Virus record (IMG/VR): IMGVR_UViG_3300037468_000493
Location: 15,754 to 79,753 of that record
From: a virus
Reading direction: 5' to 3' (one strand)
DNA length: 64,000 nt
Every line of letters starts with the position of its first letter. The first letter of the stretch is position 1. This document shows positions 9,624 through 19,310 of this stretch, piece by piece. The position numbers were made by a program, and so were the translations under genes. Under the pieces are notes generated by a model. The model was not told where the DNA came from. It did not search any database and worked only from the letters and a program-made list of their open reading frames with translations.

Positions 9624-10539
9624 TCCGCCCCCTGGCAGAATCCTCAAGGATTTTGACTAACTTTTCTGCTACAGCTACATGTCCGTATGGCTCAGCCATC
9701 GATAGGGCTTTGTCATAGTGCAATGGTCGACGGTTAAGCACTGCGCTGGCAAATCGATCTGGGCTACCGTCGATTAGGTAGGGGGTGCCTGCCAATGTTT
9801 CATCTGGGCCTCCACTGCCCCTAACTGCGATTGGGGTGCAGCCGTGGGCCAGTGATTCAACCACAGGCATCCCAAAGGGTTCATGAGGGCACGGAGCAAT
9901 AAGCCATTTTGCTTTCAAATAGTAGGGTTTTGGGTCTTTTTGTCTAGCATACAAAACCTGGTCATGAATCCACCTTGCGTTAATGTCTCCCCAAACATCA
10001 CGAGATGATGGGCCGACAATTGTTAATCGAAACTCTGGAGTTCTAGGCAAATCTGCCATCATGTTAAGCAAAAGGGAAAGCCCTTTACTGCGCTCTACCC
10101 TGCCCACAAATAGCAACCCTTGCCTTGATTTTGGATCTACAGCATTAACTTCGCTTGCTTCAGGCAAGATGATTGCCTCAGGCAAGACCGCCGCCCCAGT
10201 AAAGCTATTTTGTGTATTTGCCCGCATGTGCTCAGCGGTAACTATCCATTGATGCACTCCACTTTCTAAAACGAATGGTTCTGGCCGGGTAACGGGGTTT
10301 TGCCTAATCCATGCAACCCGTTTAGCTACTGGAACACACTTGAGTAAGTCAAGATTTTCCAGACACGTTACTGCGTACCACTTAGACGGAGAAAAAAGCT
10401 TAAATCGAATCCAATTTGTGCAATCAAGCGCAATTGCAGGTTTGCCGATTGCATTGAGTCCAGCAATCAAGTTTGCCGTGCTTACGGCCTTGCCCGACCA
10501 GGGTTCTTCCCTAGTCAAGAACGTTATAAAACGGCCCAT
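9616..10539 (-). CDS. GT4-family (GT-B) glycosyltransferase
   Basis: LLFVGRVERSKG and EPFGMPVVESLAHGCTPI signature motifs. Confidence 0.85.
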   Translation of the reverse strand: MGRFITFLTREEPWSGKAVSTANLIAGLNAIGKPAIALDCTNWIRFKLFSPSKWYAVTCLENLDLLKCVPVAKRVAWIRQNPVTRPEPFVLESGVHQWIVTAEHMRANTQNSFTGAAVLPEAIILPEASEVNAVDPKSRQGLLFVGRVERSKGLSLLLNMMADLPRTPEFRLTIVGPSSRDVWGDINARWIHDQVLYARQKDPKPYYLKAKWLIAPCPHEPFGMPVVESLAHGCTPIAVRGSGGPDETLAGTPYLIDGSPDRFASAVLNRRPLHYDKALSMAEPYGHVAVAEKLVKILEDSARGRNE

Positions 10540-11474
10540 CGATTGCCCCCAGTCGTGCCAGCGACATAGGCCGTGACAGTTACAGCCCCGTAGCCGCCCG
10601 AAACCAGTGCGTAATAGAGCTGGCCTTGATAGTCAGCCGTCACTGAGTTATCAGGCGATCCGCTGCTGGAGCTAATCAAAGGGGTGCCGCTGACAACTAC
10701 CCATCCTGATGATGCTGTAGTTGATGCTCTCCACATTGTTCTTGAGCTTAAGGAAGTTCGGCTTTGAATAACAATTTCGCCCAAGAAGGCTGGCGTCCTG
10801 GAATTTAATGGGCTAGTGCTTATTTCGGTAAAAGCTGTACTGCTACTGCTAGCAAGACTCAACGTCCAGCTAGCGATCGTGCCACTGCCTCCGGCCAGGT
10901 CTGAGGTAAACACCAGCGTCGTGGACGAATAGCTAGTGATCACCCCTTCCATATAGTTAGCAGGAGTTGCACTGCTAGCGAGTCGAATCCTTGATCCCAC
11001 CACATAGGCCAGCCCCGCCTGTGTGGTGACGCTGATTGAGCCACTAGAAGCAATCGTGCGAGACGTGGTTGAAGTCCCCCCGTAGCCTGCCCCTGCCGCC
11101 CCCCGATCGCCTGCCAGGCTGAGGTTCCAACTAGCAAACGTGCCACTGCCTCCGGCTACATCCGAGGTAAACACCAGGGTCGTGGACGAATAACTGGTAA
11201 CAACCCCTTCCATGTAGTTAGCAGGGCTGGCGCTACTGGCAAGCCTTACCCGGCTACCCACGACGTATGCTAAACCAGACTGAGTGCTGACGGTGATTGA
11301 TCCACTAGAGGCGATCGCCCGAGATGTCGTCGAAGTGCCCTTGTATCCAGGCACTAAGTTTTGAGCCGTCACAAAATGATCAAGGCTAGATCCAGCCCTT
11401 GCTACCAGAAAACGATCTGTTGAATTTAGCGTTGTTATTTCGTCGGTAAAACTACTCAGTTTTTTGTTAGGCAT
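10524..11474 (-). CDS. Tail fibre-like protein with an internal duplication
   Basis: Two copies of GTSTTSRxIASSGSI...ANYMEGV(V/I)[13 protein letters not shown]...SWxLSLA. Confidence 0.65.
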   Translation of the reverse strand: MPNKKLSSFTDEITTLNSTDRFLVARAGSSLDHFVTAQNLVPGYKGTSTTSRAIASSGSITVSTQSGLAYVVGSRVRLASSASPANYMEGVVTSYSSTTLVFTSDVAGGSGTFASWNLSLAGDRGAAGAGYGGTSTTSRTIASSGSISVTTQAGLAYVVGSRIRLASSATPANYMEGVITSYSSTTLVFTSDLAGGSGTIASWTLSLASSSSTAFTEISTSPLNSRTPAFLGEIVIQSRTSLSSRTMWRASTTASSGWVVVSGTPLISSSSGSPDNSVTADYQGQLYYALVSGGYGAVTVTAYVAGTTGGNRWAVL

Positions 11475-11886
11475 CGCTTTCCAGTATCAATAAATCGCCG
11501 GACTCTATTAAGAAACTGCCTTCAGATTCTAAGTCTAAAACATCTACAAGTTGCTGTTCAAAAGATGGTATCCCGCCCATCAACATCCCCCCCAGCACCC
11601 TAGGCACAAATTGATAATGGGGCGGGGCCAGGGGCACCGCTGCTACCGTCACCAAAAACGAATCAGTGGAGGTTGCCGGGGTCGGGGTAGCGCTATCCTG
11701 AACGCCCCAGACCAGGGCCGTAGCCGTCTGTAGCGTCGTCGGGGTGCCTGTGATTAACCCCGTGCTGGCGTTCAGGCTAAGCCCAGCCGGGAGCCCTGAG
11801 GCAATGCTGTAGACGTAGGGCGGTGTCCCCCCGCTGGCGATTAGCTGGATTGAGGCAGGTAGGCCGGTGATGAGGGATGATGTCAT
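11467..11886 (-). CDS. Putative Ig-like (He_PIG-type) domain protein
   Basis: [34 protein letters not shown] motif. Confidence 0.75.
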   Translation of the reverse strand: MTSSLITGLPASIQLIASGGTPPYVYSIASGLPAGLSLNASTGLITGTPTTLQTATALVWGVQDSATPTPATSTDSFLVTVAAVPLAPPHYQFVPRVLGGMLMGGIPSFEQQLVDVLDLESEGSFLIESGDLLILESDA

Positions 11887-13856
11887 ACCAAATCCCCCAT
11901 CGGCCCAGCTTGCAGACCGCCAGTTGTATTAATGGGCCGTTTGGGCACCGTCACCGCAGACCCTAGCCTGCCAGCCTCCCGCCCGGTGTAGCCAAAGACT
12001 ATGCGCCGGGGGGCAAACTCTAGGTACTCAGCATCGCGGATCAATGCCCGATCTCCAACGTGCTCCATCCTGGCTGGGGTCAAGGATTCGCCCGATACTA
12101 CAGCCCTCTCCACATCAAACGAGAGCTGCCCGGTCTGCTTCAGGGCCAATATCATCCTGGCGATCGCTGTCGCGTGTTGCCCGTCGGTGCCCCAGGCCCG
12201 TTGTATCGTCACACTGCGGCGTTTGCCGAGGTTGCTGGCTACAGCCTCATCTCGGCTCCGTACATCAAGGGCGACGGGTTCTGTCGCAGGGCGAATGCTG
12301 GGGGGCTTTGGTGCCGCGTCAATGGTTCTGGCGACGGGTTTTTGGTTAGGGTCACGGACTAGGCCAGTATCGTCACTCCTGCCAGTGATCGACATCTTTG
12401 CGATCGAGTAGCCTACAATCTGCTCATACCGCCCATCGGGCTTATAGGTGTTGCGCTCTAGCTCACGGCTGAGCAACCGCACCGCTGTCACACTGGTTTC
12501 GGCTTGGCCTGGTTCATCAGTCAGAGATAAGCTGACCAACGTCCCGTAAGTATCCAGCACCCGTTCAATGGGTACGCCCCTGGTGTCGTAGGTAAATTGC
12601 TCCCGAGTGCCCTGCCCGCCGACCAGTGTAGTATCTCCGTAGTACGTTGAGGTTTTGGAGAGCCGGGTTTTTGGAACCCCGTTATCTATTTCAATCCCAC
12701 GGGATATCGCCATCACATCGTTATTCGTCAATGGCAGTCCTAGGCCATTGAAGGTTCGGGAAATCTCACCCTGACAGACCGTCACCCAAGCCGTGTTGCC
12801 CGCCTGAGTTGCCGGGAATAGCCAGAATTGTTGAGCTCTAATTTCGTAGTCTTGGCTCCATGATGTGCTCCCATCCCTGGGCTCATCTTCAATCCGCTCA
12901 CAGACTACAATGTCTGCCCCCGTCCCCGGCGATGGCGCGGCGGCTAGGGCGATGGTGATAGGGTAGGTCTGCATATCCTCCTCGTCCCCGCCGTCCTCTG
13001 TAGGCCGAGCAATGGTCGTTGAGAATACGGTAGCCGTCACCGCCTCTACTGCCTCGTCCAGGGGCTGCACAGAGGGCTCAATCTGGGCTAATTGCTCCAA
13101 GGCCCACCGGCCTGCAAGGGTCGCTTCGTCAGGGAGTGTCGGGTACTTCTGCACCTTGATGATTTCGTTGGCCGGGTCGCAGTAGAGCAGGTAACCTCGG
13201 GCAGATGCAATGCTGGCGGCGTTGATGTAGGGGTTGCTGCCACGCTTTTGAGCCGCGATGAACCCATCAGGGCGAAGGCTGCCGCCGTAGAATGTCGCGG
13301 CCAAGTCGGTGTTCACCCCCGAGAAGTCAATGTCTGCATCAACCAGGTAGGCTACGTTGCTGGCATCTTTGGGGGCTGTGAGTTCTGACTTTATCTGGTC
13401 AGTCCAGACTGAAAAACTGACGCTAGTTAAAGTGGAGGTTCGAGTATTGGTTCGGCTCCGGGTAGTGCTGATCCGTCGCGTCGGCTGGGCTGGGAAGTCC
13501 CGGTTCACCATGCCTAACTTGCAGGTCACCTCAATCTCAGTCTGCGATGCGGCCAAGGCCGAATCCCATTGACTAACTACGGCCTTGGCTACCCGCCAGT
13601 ACCAGGTATTTCCATTGGCCTGTACCTCGATCTGGTTGCCGGGGTTAAAGTCTGCGTTTGTGGTCGGGTCGAGGTCAACCAGGGTGAGGCCATCGATAGC
13701 CAGCGTAATGCCACCCTGCCAGAGTTTACCAAGGGGGTTCTCGCTGTCGATGAGGGTTGATTCGATGCGGCCATGGGTTAGGTAGGCAGTGTAGTCTGTG
13801 CCGTCAATCAAGACGGTAACGTCAGCCGTGAGATCGACAAAGCCTTTCCATACCAT
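11883..13856 (-). CDS. Putative tail tip / baseplate hub protein
   Basis: 657 aa; N-terminal [14 protein letters not shown] typical of tail hub proteins; first gene of the block, TAGAAT -10 just upstream. Confidence 0.55.
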   Translation of the reverse strand: MVWKGFVDLTADVTVLIDGTDYTAYLTHGRIESTLIDSENPLGKLWQGGITLAIDGLTLVDLDPTTNADFNPGNQIEVQANGNTWYWRVAKAVVSQWDSALAASQTEIEVTCKLGMVNRDFPAQPTRRISTTRSRTNTRTSTLTSVSFSVWTDQIKSELTAPKDASNVAYLVDADIDFSGVNTDLAATFYGGSLRPDGFIAAQKRGSNPYINAASIASARGYLLYCDPANEIIKVQKYPTLPDEATLAGRWALEQLAQIEPSVQPLDEAVEAVTATVFSTTIARPTEDGGDEEDMQTYPITIALAAAPSPGTGADIVVCERIEDEPRDGSTSWSQDYEIRAQQFWLFPATQAGNTAWVTVCQGEISRTFNGLGLPLTNNDVMAISRGIEIDNGVPKTRLSKTSTYYGDTTLVGGQGTREQFTYDTRGVPIERVLDTYGTLVSLSLTDEPGQAETSVTAVRLLSRELERNTYKPDGRYEQIVGYSIAKMSITGRSDDTGLVRDPNQKPVARTIDAAPKPPSIRPATEPVALDVRSRDEAVASNLGKRRSVTIQRAWGTDGQHATAIARMILALKQTGQLSFDVERAVVSGESLTPARMEHVGDRALIRDAEYLEFAPRRIVFGYTGREAGRLGSAVTVPKRPINTTGGLQAGPMGDLV

Positions 13857-13940
13857 GGGCCTATTCTACCCTGGGTATCCGGCTATGCAGCGGGCATAGC
13901 TCACGGTACTTTTATGGGCTGTAGTGCTAACTTCTTAGCG

Positions 13941-14073
13941 CCTGTACAGGGTGTGCAGGCCATGCAGGCTCTCGTTGAAATTATTTGGGTGTGTGTGCGG
14001 CGAAATTTTTTCGGAAACACACATCACTTTCACGCTAGGAAACAGGGGTGTTTGCCCTGCACGGCCTGCACAG
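13941..14073 (+). repeat. 133-bp dispersed origin-like element, copy 1
   Basis: CCTGTACAGGGTGTGCAGGCCATGCAGG...CCTGCACGGCCTGCACAG; four further copies. Confidence 0.95.
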
Positions 14074-14078
14074 TGCTA

Positions 14079-14201
14079 ATAAGTTAGCGCCCCTGGCAGA
14101 CTCGCCATCTACCAGGGGCGCTAACTTATCGCGGTAATCCCCGGCCTAACCGCCGGGGCAGCTGTCAAGGATTCCTTGACAGCTGCCCCAGCGGTTAGGC
14201 C
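14079..14201. repeat. Two long inverted repeats
   Basis: 18-bp perfect arms 14079-14096/14112-14129; ~28-bp arms with one mismatch 14143-14201 centred on GTCAAGGATTCCTTGAC. Confidence 0.9.
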
Positions 14202-14213
14202 AGCCTCTTACGG

Positions 14214-14426
14214 TCATGCCGTGGCTTCACTGATTAACTCTAATTGCTCTATGGGCCAGTGAGCTGTATGCGTGGCAGGCGGCGGCGGTTGCAGCCTAGC
14301 CGATTGGCATTCGTAAGGGGTGCCCTCATCGTGAGTGATGATCTCAATCACGGTGTAGGTGTCATAGGTGCAATCTTCGGCGGCTACCAATTCCCCGCCG
14401 TACTTCATCGTGGCTGCGTGTTTCAT
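14214..14426 (-). CDS. Small hypothetical protein
   Basis: 70 aa; CTGACA-N17-TATTAT promoter-like sequence near 14495-14522. Confidence 0.5.
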   Translation of the reverse strand: MKHAATMKYGGELVAAEDCTYDTYTVIEIITHDEGTPYECQSARLQPPPPATHTAHWPIEQLELISEATA

Positions 14427-14713
14427 AATTAGGTGTGCCTACTTGGTTAGGGTACTGCCCATGGGCGCGTCAACGCCGCGACGGGCTACCACCATAATAC
14501 TCCCATGAGTCGCCGTTGTCAGGTCATTGCAGATAGAATATCGCCATCACATATCACTGACCCCACCGCCACTTCATACCGCAGGGCCTATCGTTGATGC
14601 TACAGAACTCTATCGGCTGTAGCTTTGCCCCCTGCCACGCCTGCCAGCCCATCACCGACGCGATCGCCACCAATGCCGCTACTCCAACCCCAGCCGCTAC
14701 TTTGTAAAACATA

Positions 14714-15466
14714 ATGGATATCTCTAAAATTACTGCCCAGGCTACCCGCTACCGGGCCAGCATCGGGGCTAACTACCGGGCGGTGCGGTACAACGGCACC
14801 CAACTCAACGTTAACCCAACGATTGATCATATGGGGCTAGACCTGGCCTTCCTCGCCACCGATGCAGTCCGCAACTCGATTGAGCGCTGGAAGTGCTACT
14901 TATCCAAAGAAATCTTGGCCGAGTCCAAGATCCCCGCTACTGCCTTGGCTGATTACGACTTTGGAGCCTGGGAGATTTTTGAGGATGGAGCCTGGCTCAA
15001 AGTCTTTATCCAGGATGTACCCAAACAACAGACCGGGCGCTGGGAAGTCACCTTTGCCCGTGGACTGGTCGAGGTGACAATGACCGTGACCTACCGGGTG
15101 GGCTCTGGCAGCTTCACCACAGACGCTGCCACGGGCAACCCCATTGAGGCCAGCACCGCCGCTACCTATTACGCCGTGGTATCCCAGGGCAGGGGCAGGG
15201 CCGCCGCCGTGGAGGTCGCAGGGTTACCAGCGGGGCGGCTATTCCTCGAAGGCCACTTCAGCACCGCTACCGGGGAACCAGCACTCATGCCCGCTAACCT
15301 ACAAATTCAAAAGCCATGGCCTGCTGTGCTAGCGGTCGGCAATGGCCTAGAGGTCGAGGGTACATTCTCCGTAGCCCTGTCCGGGGCCAGCCCCTGGAAT
15401 GCTGCTGAAGTAGGGCGCGGTGGTAAGCTGCAAGGAAACTTTATTAGCGCTGGGAGTGGCCGGTAA
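14714..15466 (+). CDS. Putative head-closure / head-tail joining protein
   Basis: 250 aa, upstream of the neck and tail genes. Confidence 0.5.
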   Translation: MDISKITAQATRYRASIGANYRAVRYNGTQLNVNPTIDHMGLDLAFLATDAVRNSIERWKCYLSKEILAESKIPATALADYDFGAWEIFEDGAWLKVFIQDVPKQQTGRWEVTFARGLVEVTMTVTYRVGSGSFTTDAATGNPIEASTAATYYAVVSQGRGRAAAVEVAGLPAGRLFLEGHFSTATGEPALMPANLQIQKPWPAVLAVGNGLEVEGTFSVALSGASPWNAAEVGRGGKLQGNFISAGSGR

Positions 15467-15753
15467 TGTCTGATGAGTTAGTCGAAAGGTTAATCATGCC
15501 AAAGCAAAAACCAATCCCTGAAGCGATAGCCGAAACCCATTATGCAAACGAAGCGATCGCCGCTAAATTCAGCGAAGTAGAAATGCTAGAGCCTGAGTTT
15601 ACCCCGGTTGAAATCTCGGTAAATTCTCAGGGGTGGAAGTATTTTGTCGGGCTTACCCCTGGCCAATGTGTCTCCGTCGAGGAGGCTACCTACCAGGGGA
15701 TCCCGATCGTCATTGATAGGGCTCAGATTGAGCCTGTGGTGCTTGTGCCTTAG
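15466..15753 (+). CDS. Hypothetical protein
   Basis: 95 aa, TAATG overlap. Confidence 0.5.
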   Translation: MSDELVERLIMPKQKPIPEAIAETHYANEAIAAKFSEVEMLEPEFTPVEISVNSQGWKYFVGLTPGQCVSVEEATYQGIPIVIDRAQIEPVVLVP

Positions 15754-15777
15754 CGCTGGGAGAGGCGTTAGGGCAGT

Positions 15778-15807
15778 AAAAACCCCTCGGGGGAGGGGCG
15801 AGGGGTT
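15778..15807 (-). terminator. Intrinsic terminator
   Basis: AACCCCTCG...CGAGGGGTT hairpin with A-tract on its left, between convergent genes. Confidence 0.6.
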
Positions 15808-15840
15808 GAGACTGGGTTAGTCACCTCCCCATGGTTTGGT

Positions 15841-15978
15841 TTAGCACAAAGCCTTGAGCATTTCTTCTTTGAGCAGGTGCTTACCCTTGCCGTGGGCATT
15901 TCGCCAGGCGATACCCCTTATGGAGCATTCGCGGCGCAACTCTGCATTGCTCATCTTGGCCCAGTCAGGTGTGGGCAC
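15841..15978 (-). CDS. 45-aa helix-extension-helix (Rho-N/SAP-like) miniprotein, paralog of the C-terminus of 45448-45867
   Basis: ELRRECSIRGIAWRNAHGKGKHLLKEEMLKALC is nearly identical to the end of the 45.4-kb ORF; not in the ORF track. Confidence 0.6.
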   Translation of the reverse strand: MPTPDWAKMSNAELRRECSIRGIAWRNAHGKGKHLLKEEMLKALC

Positions 15979-16007
15979 CTTCCCCCTCTGCTCCAACTGG
16001 CGGGGGT

Positions 16008-16220
16008 TTAGGCAAGTGCACAGGATATCGCCATGGCGCTTACTTGATTGCTTTCAATAGCCGCCTTAACCCATGCGTAGGCATTCCGCAAATCTACTTC
16101 TTCGTTAACCAAATATCGTTGCGTGTCGGGGAATACGCCAGCATCAATGACGGTTTTTAGCTGCTTAGCGTTGTAGATGCCGTGATACTTTAGTGCCTGC
16201 TTAGCTTCTGATCTAGTCAT
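16008..16220 (-). CDS. Small cassette ORF (MTRSEAKQ..., 70 aa)
   Basis: Start reassigned to the ATG after the conserved leader CATACCACCGCAAAGAGGCACCACCG. Confidence 0.65.
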   Translation of the reverse strand: MTRSEAKQALKYHGIYNAKQLKTVIDAGVFPDTQRYLVNEEVDLRNAYAWVKAAIESNQVSAMAISCALA

Positions 16221-16280
16221 CGGTGGTGCCTCTTTGCGGTGGTATGTAACCACTATAACCCCGCTTGACTGTTGCGTCAA
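16218..16280 (-). promoter_or_regulatory. sigma70-type promoter plus conserved leader/RBS
   Basis: TTGACG-N17-TATAGT; leader identical to that at 45128-45156. Confidence 0.75.
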
Positions 16281-16295
16281 TAGGCAAAGTGAAAA

Positions 16296-16312
16296 GTGAA
16301 ATTAGTTTTCAC
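16296..16312. promoter_or_regulatory. Palindromic operator-like site GTGAAA-N5-TTTCAC
   Basis: Identical 17-mer at 16888-16904; both lie upstream of -35 boxes. Confidence 0.6.
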
Positions 16313-16559
16313 CTTTCCCTTCCCTCTTGCGATCCCTGGCCTCATTGCCGGTTTTGCCCGTGCGCTTGCGACTGGCCCTAGATCGATCGGTGCTACTGGT
16401 GCCCCCATCGGTGCCGTGCCTGTAGCCGCCATGGGTAGCCCCTGACTTGGCTACCTGCTTGCGGCATTGGGGACACCGCCAGCGATCGCCGTTAGAGTGC
16501 ATCGGTGCATGTCCACAATGGGGACAGGTTGGTGCGGTGGGGTTGGGTTTGTGTGTCAT
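16302..16559 (-). CDS. Small zinc-ribbon protein with basic C-terminus
   Basis: CPHC...WRCPQC, then STDRSRASRKR; paralog at 45960-46169. Confidence 0.7.
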   Translation of the reverse strand: MTHKPNPTAPTCPHCGHAPMHSNGDRWRCPQCRKQVAKSGATHGGYRHGTDGGTSSTDRSRASRKRTGKTGNEARDRKREGKGEN

Positions 16560-16581
16560 GGTTGAGTTTCCTATGAAAACA

Positions 16582-16845
16582 CCTCCGGCGGAAGGCTACG
16601 CAGAGCAGCAACCCCAGGGAATCGGACTAGGCGTTCACCACATTGACCGCCCCTGCCGTTTGTAGCCGATAGTGGGAATCCCCTCTAGGGGGCACCGTCG
16701 CTAGGGCCATTGTTCACTCCCCGACAGGATCTTTAAGCGGTGTAGCTGGTTTCAGCGTTGGCCGATGTAGGATCCATGCTCTGCGTATCACCCCCCGCCG
16801 GAAGCTTTGACTACGGGTGTGCATCCCGGTGGGCTTTTAGCCGAT
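16582..16845 (-). ncRNA. Candidate structured ncRNA or long structured 5' leader
   Basis: TTGACG-N17-TAATAT promoter at 16851-16879; 16777-16804 pairs with 16582-16607, with G-U pairs that work only on the minus strand. Confidence 0.6.
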
Positions 16846-16900
16846 ACCTAATATTAACCCCTTTTGAGTGTTGCGTCAATAGGCAAAGTGAAATTAGTTT

Positions 16901-17254
16901 TCACAGTGTGACTTGATCCCCCATCACCAGTAGATAAAGCTGCTGAAAACTGAGCCCCAATGCAGCCCGCCGCGATTCAAACCGTCGGCGGGTTTCTGCT
17001 ATGGTCAGCCCGGTCTTTTCAGCTAATGGCGCAAAGGTACTCCCGTCAAATTCTTCGGCCCACAGGCAGAACAGTTGAGCCGGTGGAATTTGCCAGTCAT
17101 GGGCCAGGGCGATTAGATCGTCGACGGCCCACGCGACTAGCCCCGATTCTCGCTTTGAATATTGGTGTAGGGTCAGGGCTGTTTGTGCTCGGTACGCGGC
17201 ATCGACCGTTGGGTAGCCCAGAGATCGCCGGACTTCCCTAAACGCTGCCACCAT
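16901..17254 (-). CDS. XRE-like HTH regulator
   Basis: FREVRRSLGY...QYSKRESG...DDLIALA pattern; divergent from tail operon. Confidence 0.55.
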   Translation of the reverse strand: MVAAFREVRRSLGYPTVDAAYRAQTALTLHQYSKRESGLVAWAVDDLIALAHDWQIPPAQLFCLWAEEFDGSTFAPLAEKTGLTIAETRRRFESRRAALGLSFQQLYLLVMGDQVTL

Positions 17255-17262
17255 CCGCCGCC

Positions 17263-17340
17263 GATTATTTGCCAAATCTGCCTGCCAAAAGAGCGTAATC
17301 CCCGCCCCTATAGTAACCCAGCCCATAGTCTAGGGGCATG
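17263..17340 (+). promoter_or_regulatory. Putative late promoter, copy B
   Basis: 31/32 identity upstream box and CCATAGTCTAGGGGC-ATG; same spacing as copy A. Confidence 0.65.
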
Positions 17341-17730
17341 GCTACACTTCGATGGAATCCCCCTAAGCTCACCTCACACACGGCCCGCTATGAGTGGGGC
17401 GTTCCCTATGCCGCCGCCCAGCATGAGGGGGCAACCCTGCGCAATGGTGGCACCATCCCGCCCCGCCCCTGGACTGAGTACCCGCTCGAGAATGGTCTGC
17501 GCCTGGATCAGGATTTAGCAGGCAACTACCGGCGATCGCAAAATCTAGACGCGGCATTCAAAGCCACTGCCACCGCCTACAACCGGGCCATGCAGGAAGC
17601 GATCGCGTCTCCGGTGTGGAACTGGCCCCGCCGCACCGTAAGGAGTGACGGCAGCATAGCTGGAAGCCCAAGGTCGATCGTGGACACTGGCGACTTGCTC
17701 AATTCCCAGAAACTGAGTTTTGAGCGATGA
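17338..17730 (+). CDS. Neck / tail-completion protein (HK97 gp10-like or virion morphogenesis family)
   Basis: VPYAAAQHEG...IPPRPW and SPRSIVDTGDLLNS motifs. Confidence 0.65.
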   Translation: MATLRWNPPKLTSHTARYEWGVPYAAAQHEGATLRNGGTIPPRPWTEYPLENGLRLDQDLAGNYRRSQNLDAAFKATATAYNRAMQEAIASPVWNWPRRTVRSDGSIAGSPRSIVDTGDLLNSQKLSFER

Positions 17731-18113
17731 CCAAGTTTGCCACCGTCTCAGACCTACGCGGTTCCCTGGCTACCTTGCTCAATGCTGAGCTAGGCACCTT
17801 TGAGAACGGGATCAAGCGCATCTGGGTACGGCCCCCAGACCCACCTGCGGGGGCCGCCGAGGGGCTAGAGTGCATCATCCAGCGCATCCCCGCTGGTGCT
17901 GTCCGGGGTAGCAGCGGGGGGCAACGAAAAGACCTCCGGCGCTGGGTGGTGACCCTCACCAACTATGCCGAGGATGGGGCCATGGCCACCGCCACTGACA
18001 AGATCAAAGCCACCTATACCCTAGCCACGGCCCCCCGCTATGTGCCCCCCACTGACAAAAACTACGAAAGCATAAGCTTCCAAATTTTCGATCCCACCCT
18101 CATTAATCCTTAG
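17727..18113 (+). CDS. Putative tail terminator
   Basis: 128 aa immediately upstream of the major tail protein. Confidence 0.55.
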   Translation: MTKFATVSDLRGSLATLLNAELGTFENGIKRIWVRPPDPPAGAAEGLECIIQRIPAGAVRGSSGGQRKDLRRWVVTLTNYAEDGAMATATDKIKATYTLATAPRYVPPTDKNYESISFQIFDPTLINP

Positions 18114-18121
18114 GAGTCACC

Positions 18122-19075
18122 ATGGGTTTCCCCTCTGCGCTATCTGCCTCAACTAATCCCCGTGTCTACGTTGCCCGCATCCCAACCGGTAACAGCCTGC
18201 CGACCTTGTACGGTTTTGCCAGCAACGATGCTGAAGCGGCGGGTAGCACCACTATCACCCTCGACCTAATCACCGTTGACGGGGGCGCGGCGTCAGGGTC
18301 TATTGAACTAGAGCACGATCAACCCATCCTATTCCCCGCCGACGCCGTAGCGAACCCCGTACTCGTCAAGGGCGTTGGCACCTTGGGCAGCCACACGATC
18401 ATTGTAGATAGCGGTACTGCACTGCCTACCAATAGCGTAGCTGTCGGAGACTACATCACCTTTGCTGGTGATGCCCAGCTATACCGCATCACAGCCAGGA
18501 CTGCCGCCTCTACTGATTACACCATCCGGGTATTCCCTGCCCTCAAGTCTGCCCCCGCCGACAATGCCGTGGTGACGGTCTACAACCTGCTACGCCTCAA
18601 CCTGGCCTCCGGCGTCCAGTTTGTGACCATCACCACCTCTGGTGTATCAGTGCCTGTGACCGGCTGTACCTACAGCATGGCTGCTACTGCCGCCTCTCTA
18701 GCCACCCCTGCCTACAAGCAATTGCTGGGCATCGAGTCGTCTAGCCCAACCACCTCAGTTGAAACCGCTGACGTAACCACCAACACCCTGGTCACCACCC
18801 TTAGAGGTACCGTCGGCTTTGAGCTGGCCGTGGAGGGCATCGGTATCCCTGGCGATGCAGCCTTCCGTGAGATTATCCAGCCATTCCTGCTGGACAAAGA
18901 TCGGGCCGCTGAATCCCTCTACACCCGCTATGAATCTTCAAGCGGCGCAAAGGTCTACCAAGGCCCAGGCTCATTGACCGAGGCCGACGCCGGGGAAACC
19001 GTCAACGAAGCTGATACCTACTCGGTCACCATGTCAATCTCAATAGGTTCTGACTTTGGTTACTGGATCCGTTAA
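18122..19075 (+). CDS. Major tail (tube) protein
   Basis: 317 aa; GGAG RBS; VETADVTT and YSVTMSIS tube-like motifs; synteny. Confidence 0.7.
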   Translation: MGFPSALSASTNPRVYVARIPTGNSLPTLYGFASNDAEAAGSTTITLDLITVDGGAASGSIELEHDQPILFPADAVANPVLVKGVGTLGSHTIIVDSGTALPTNSVAVGDYITFAGDAQLYRITARTAASTDYTIRVFPALKSAPADNAVVTVYNLLRLNLASGVQFVTITTSGVSVPVTGCTYSMAATAASLATPAYKQLLGIESSSPTTSVETADVTTNTLVTTLRGTVGFELAVEGIGIPGDAAFREIIQPFLLDKDRAAESLYTRYESSSGAKVYQGPGSLTEADAGETVNEADTYSVTMSISIGSDFGYWIR

Positions 19076-19310
19076 GTACCTCAGTTCTAGCCGCCTACAC
19101 TGCATCGACTGTCAGGTCGTTGGTGGGCGGCTAGAGGCTGGCTGGGTCTACAGCGATGGCTATTTGATGCCCGTCGAGACCCTCACCGATGGCCATGGCT
19201 TTGAGGTAAAGGTCGCCATCCCTGAAGACATCCAAGCCCTACAGCAACCCTCTACTTTCTCATTCGCTAACGAACCCGTGGAGTTCTATCTTGCCCATGA
19301 AAGTACTTGA
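19056..19310 (+). CDS. Hypothetical tail-region protein
   Basis: 84 aa between tube and chaperone genes. Confidence 0.5.
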   Translation: MVTGSVKYLSSSRLHCIDCQVVGGRLEAGWVYSDGYLMPVETLTDGHGFEVKVAIPEDIQALQQPSTFSFANEPVEFYLAHEST

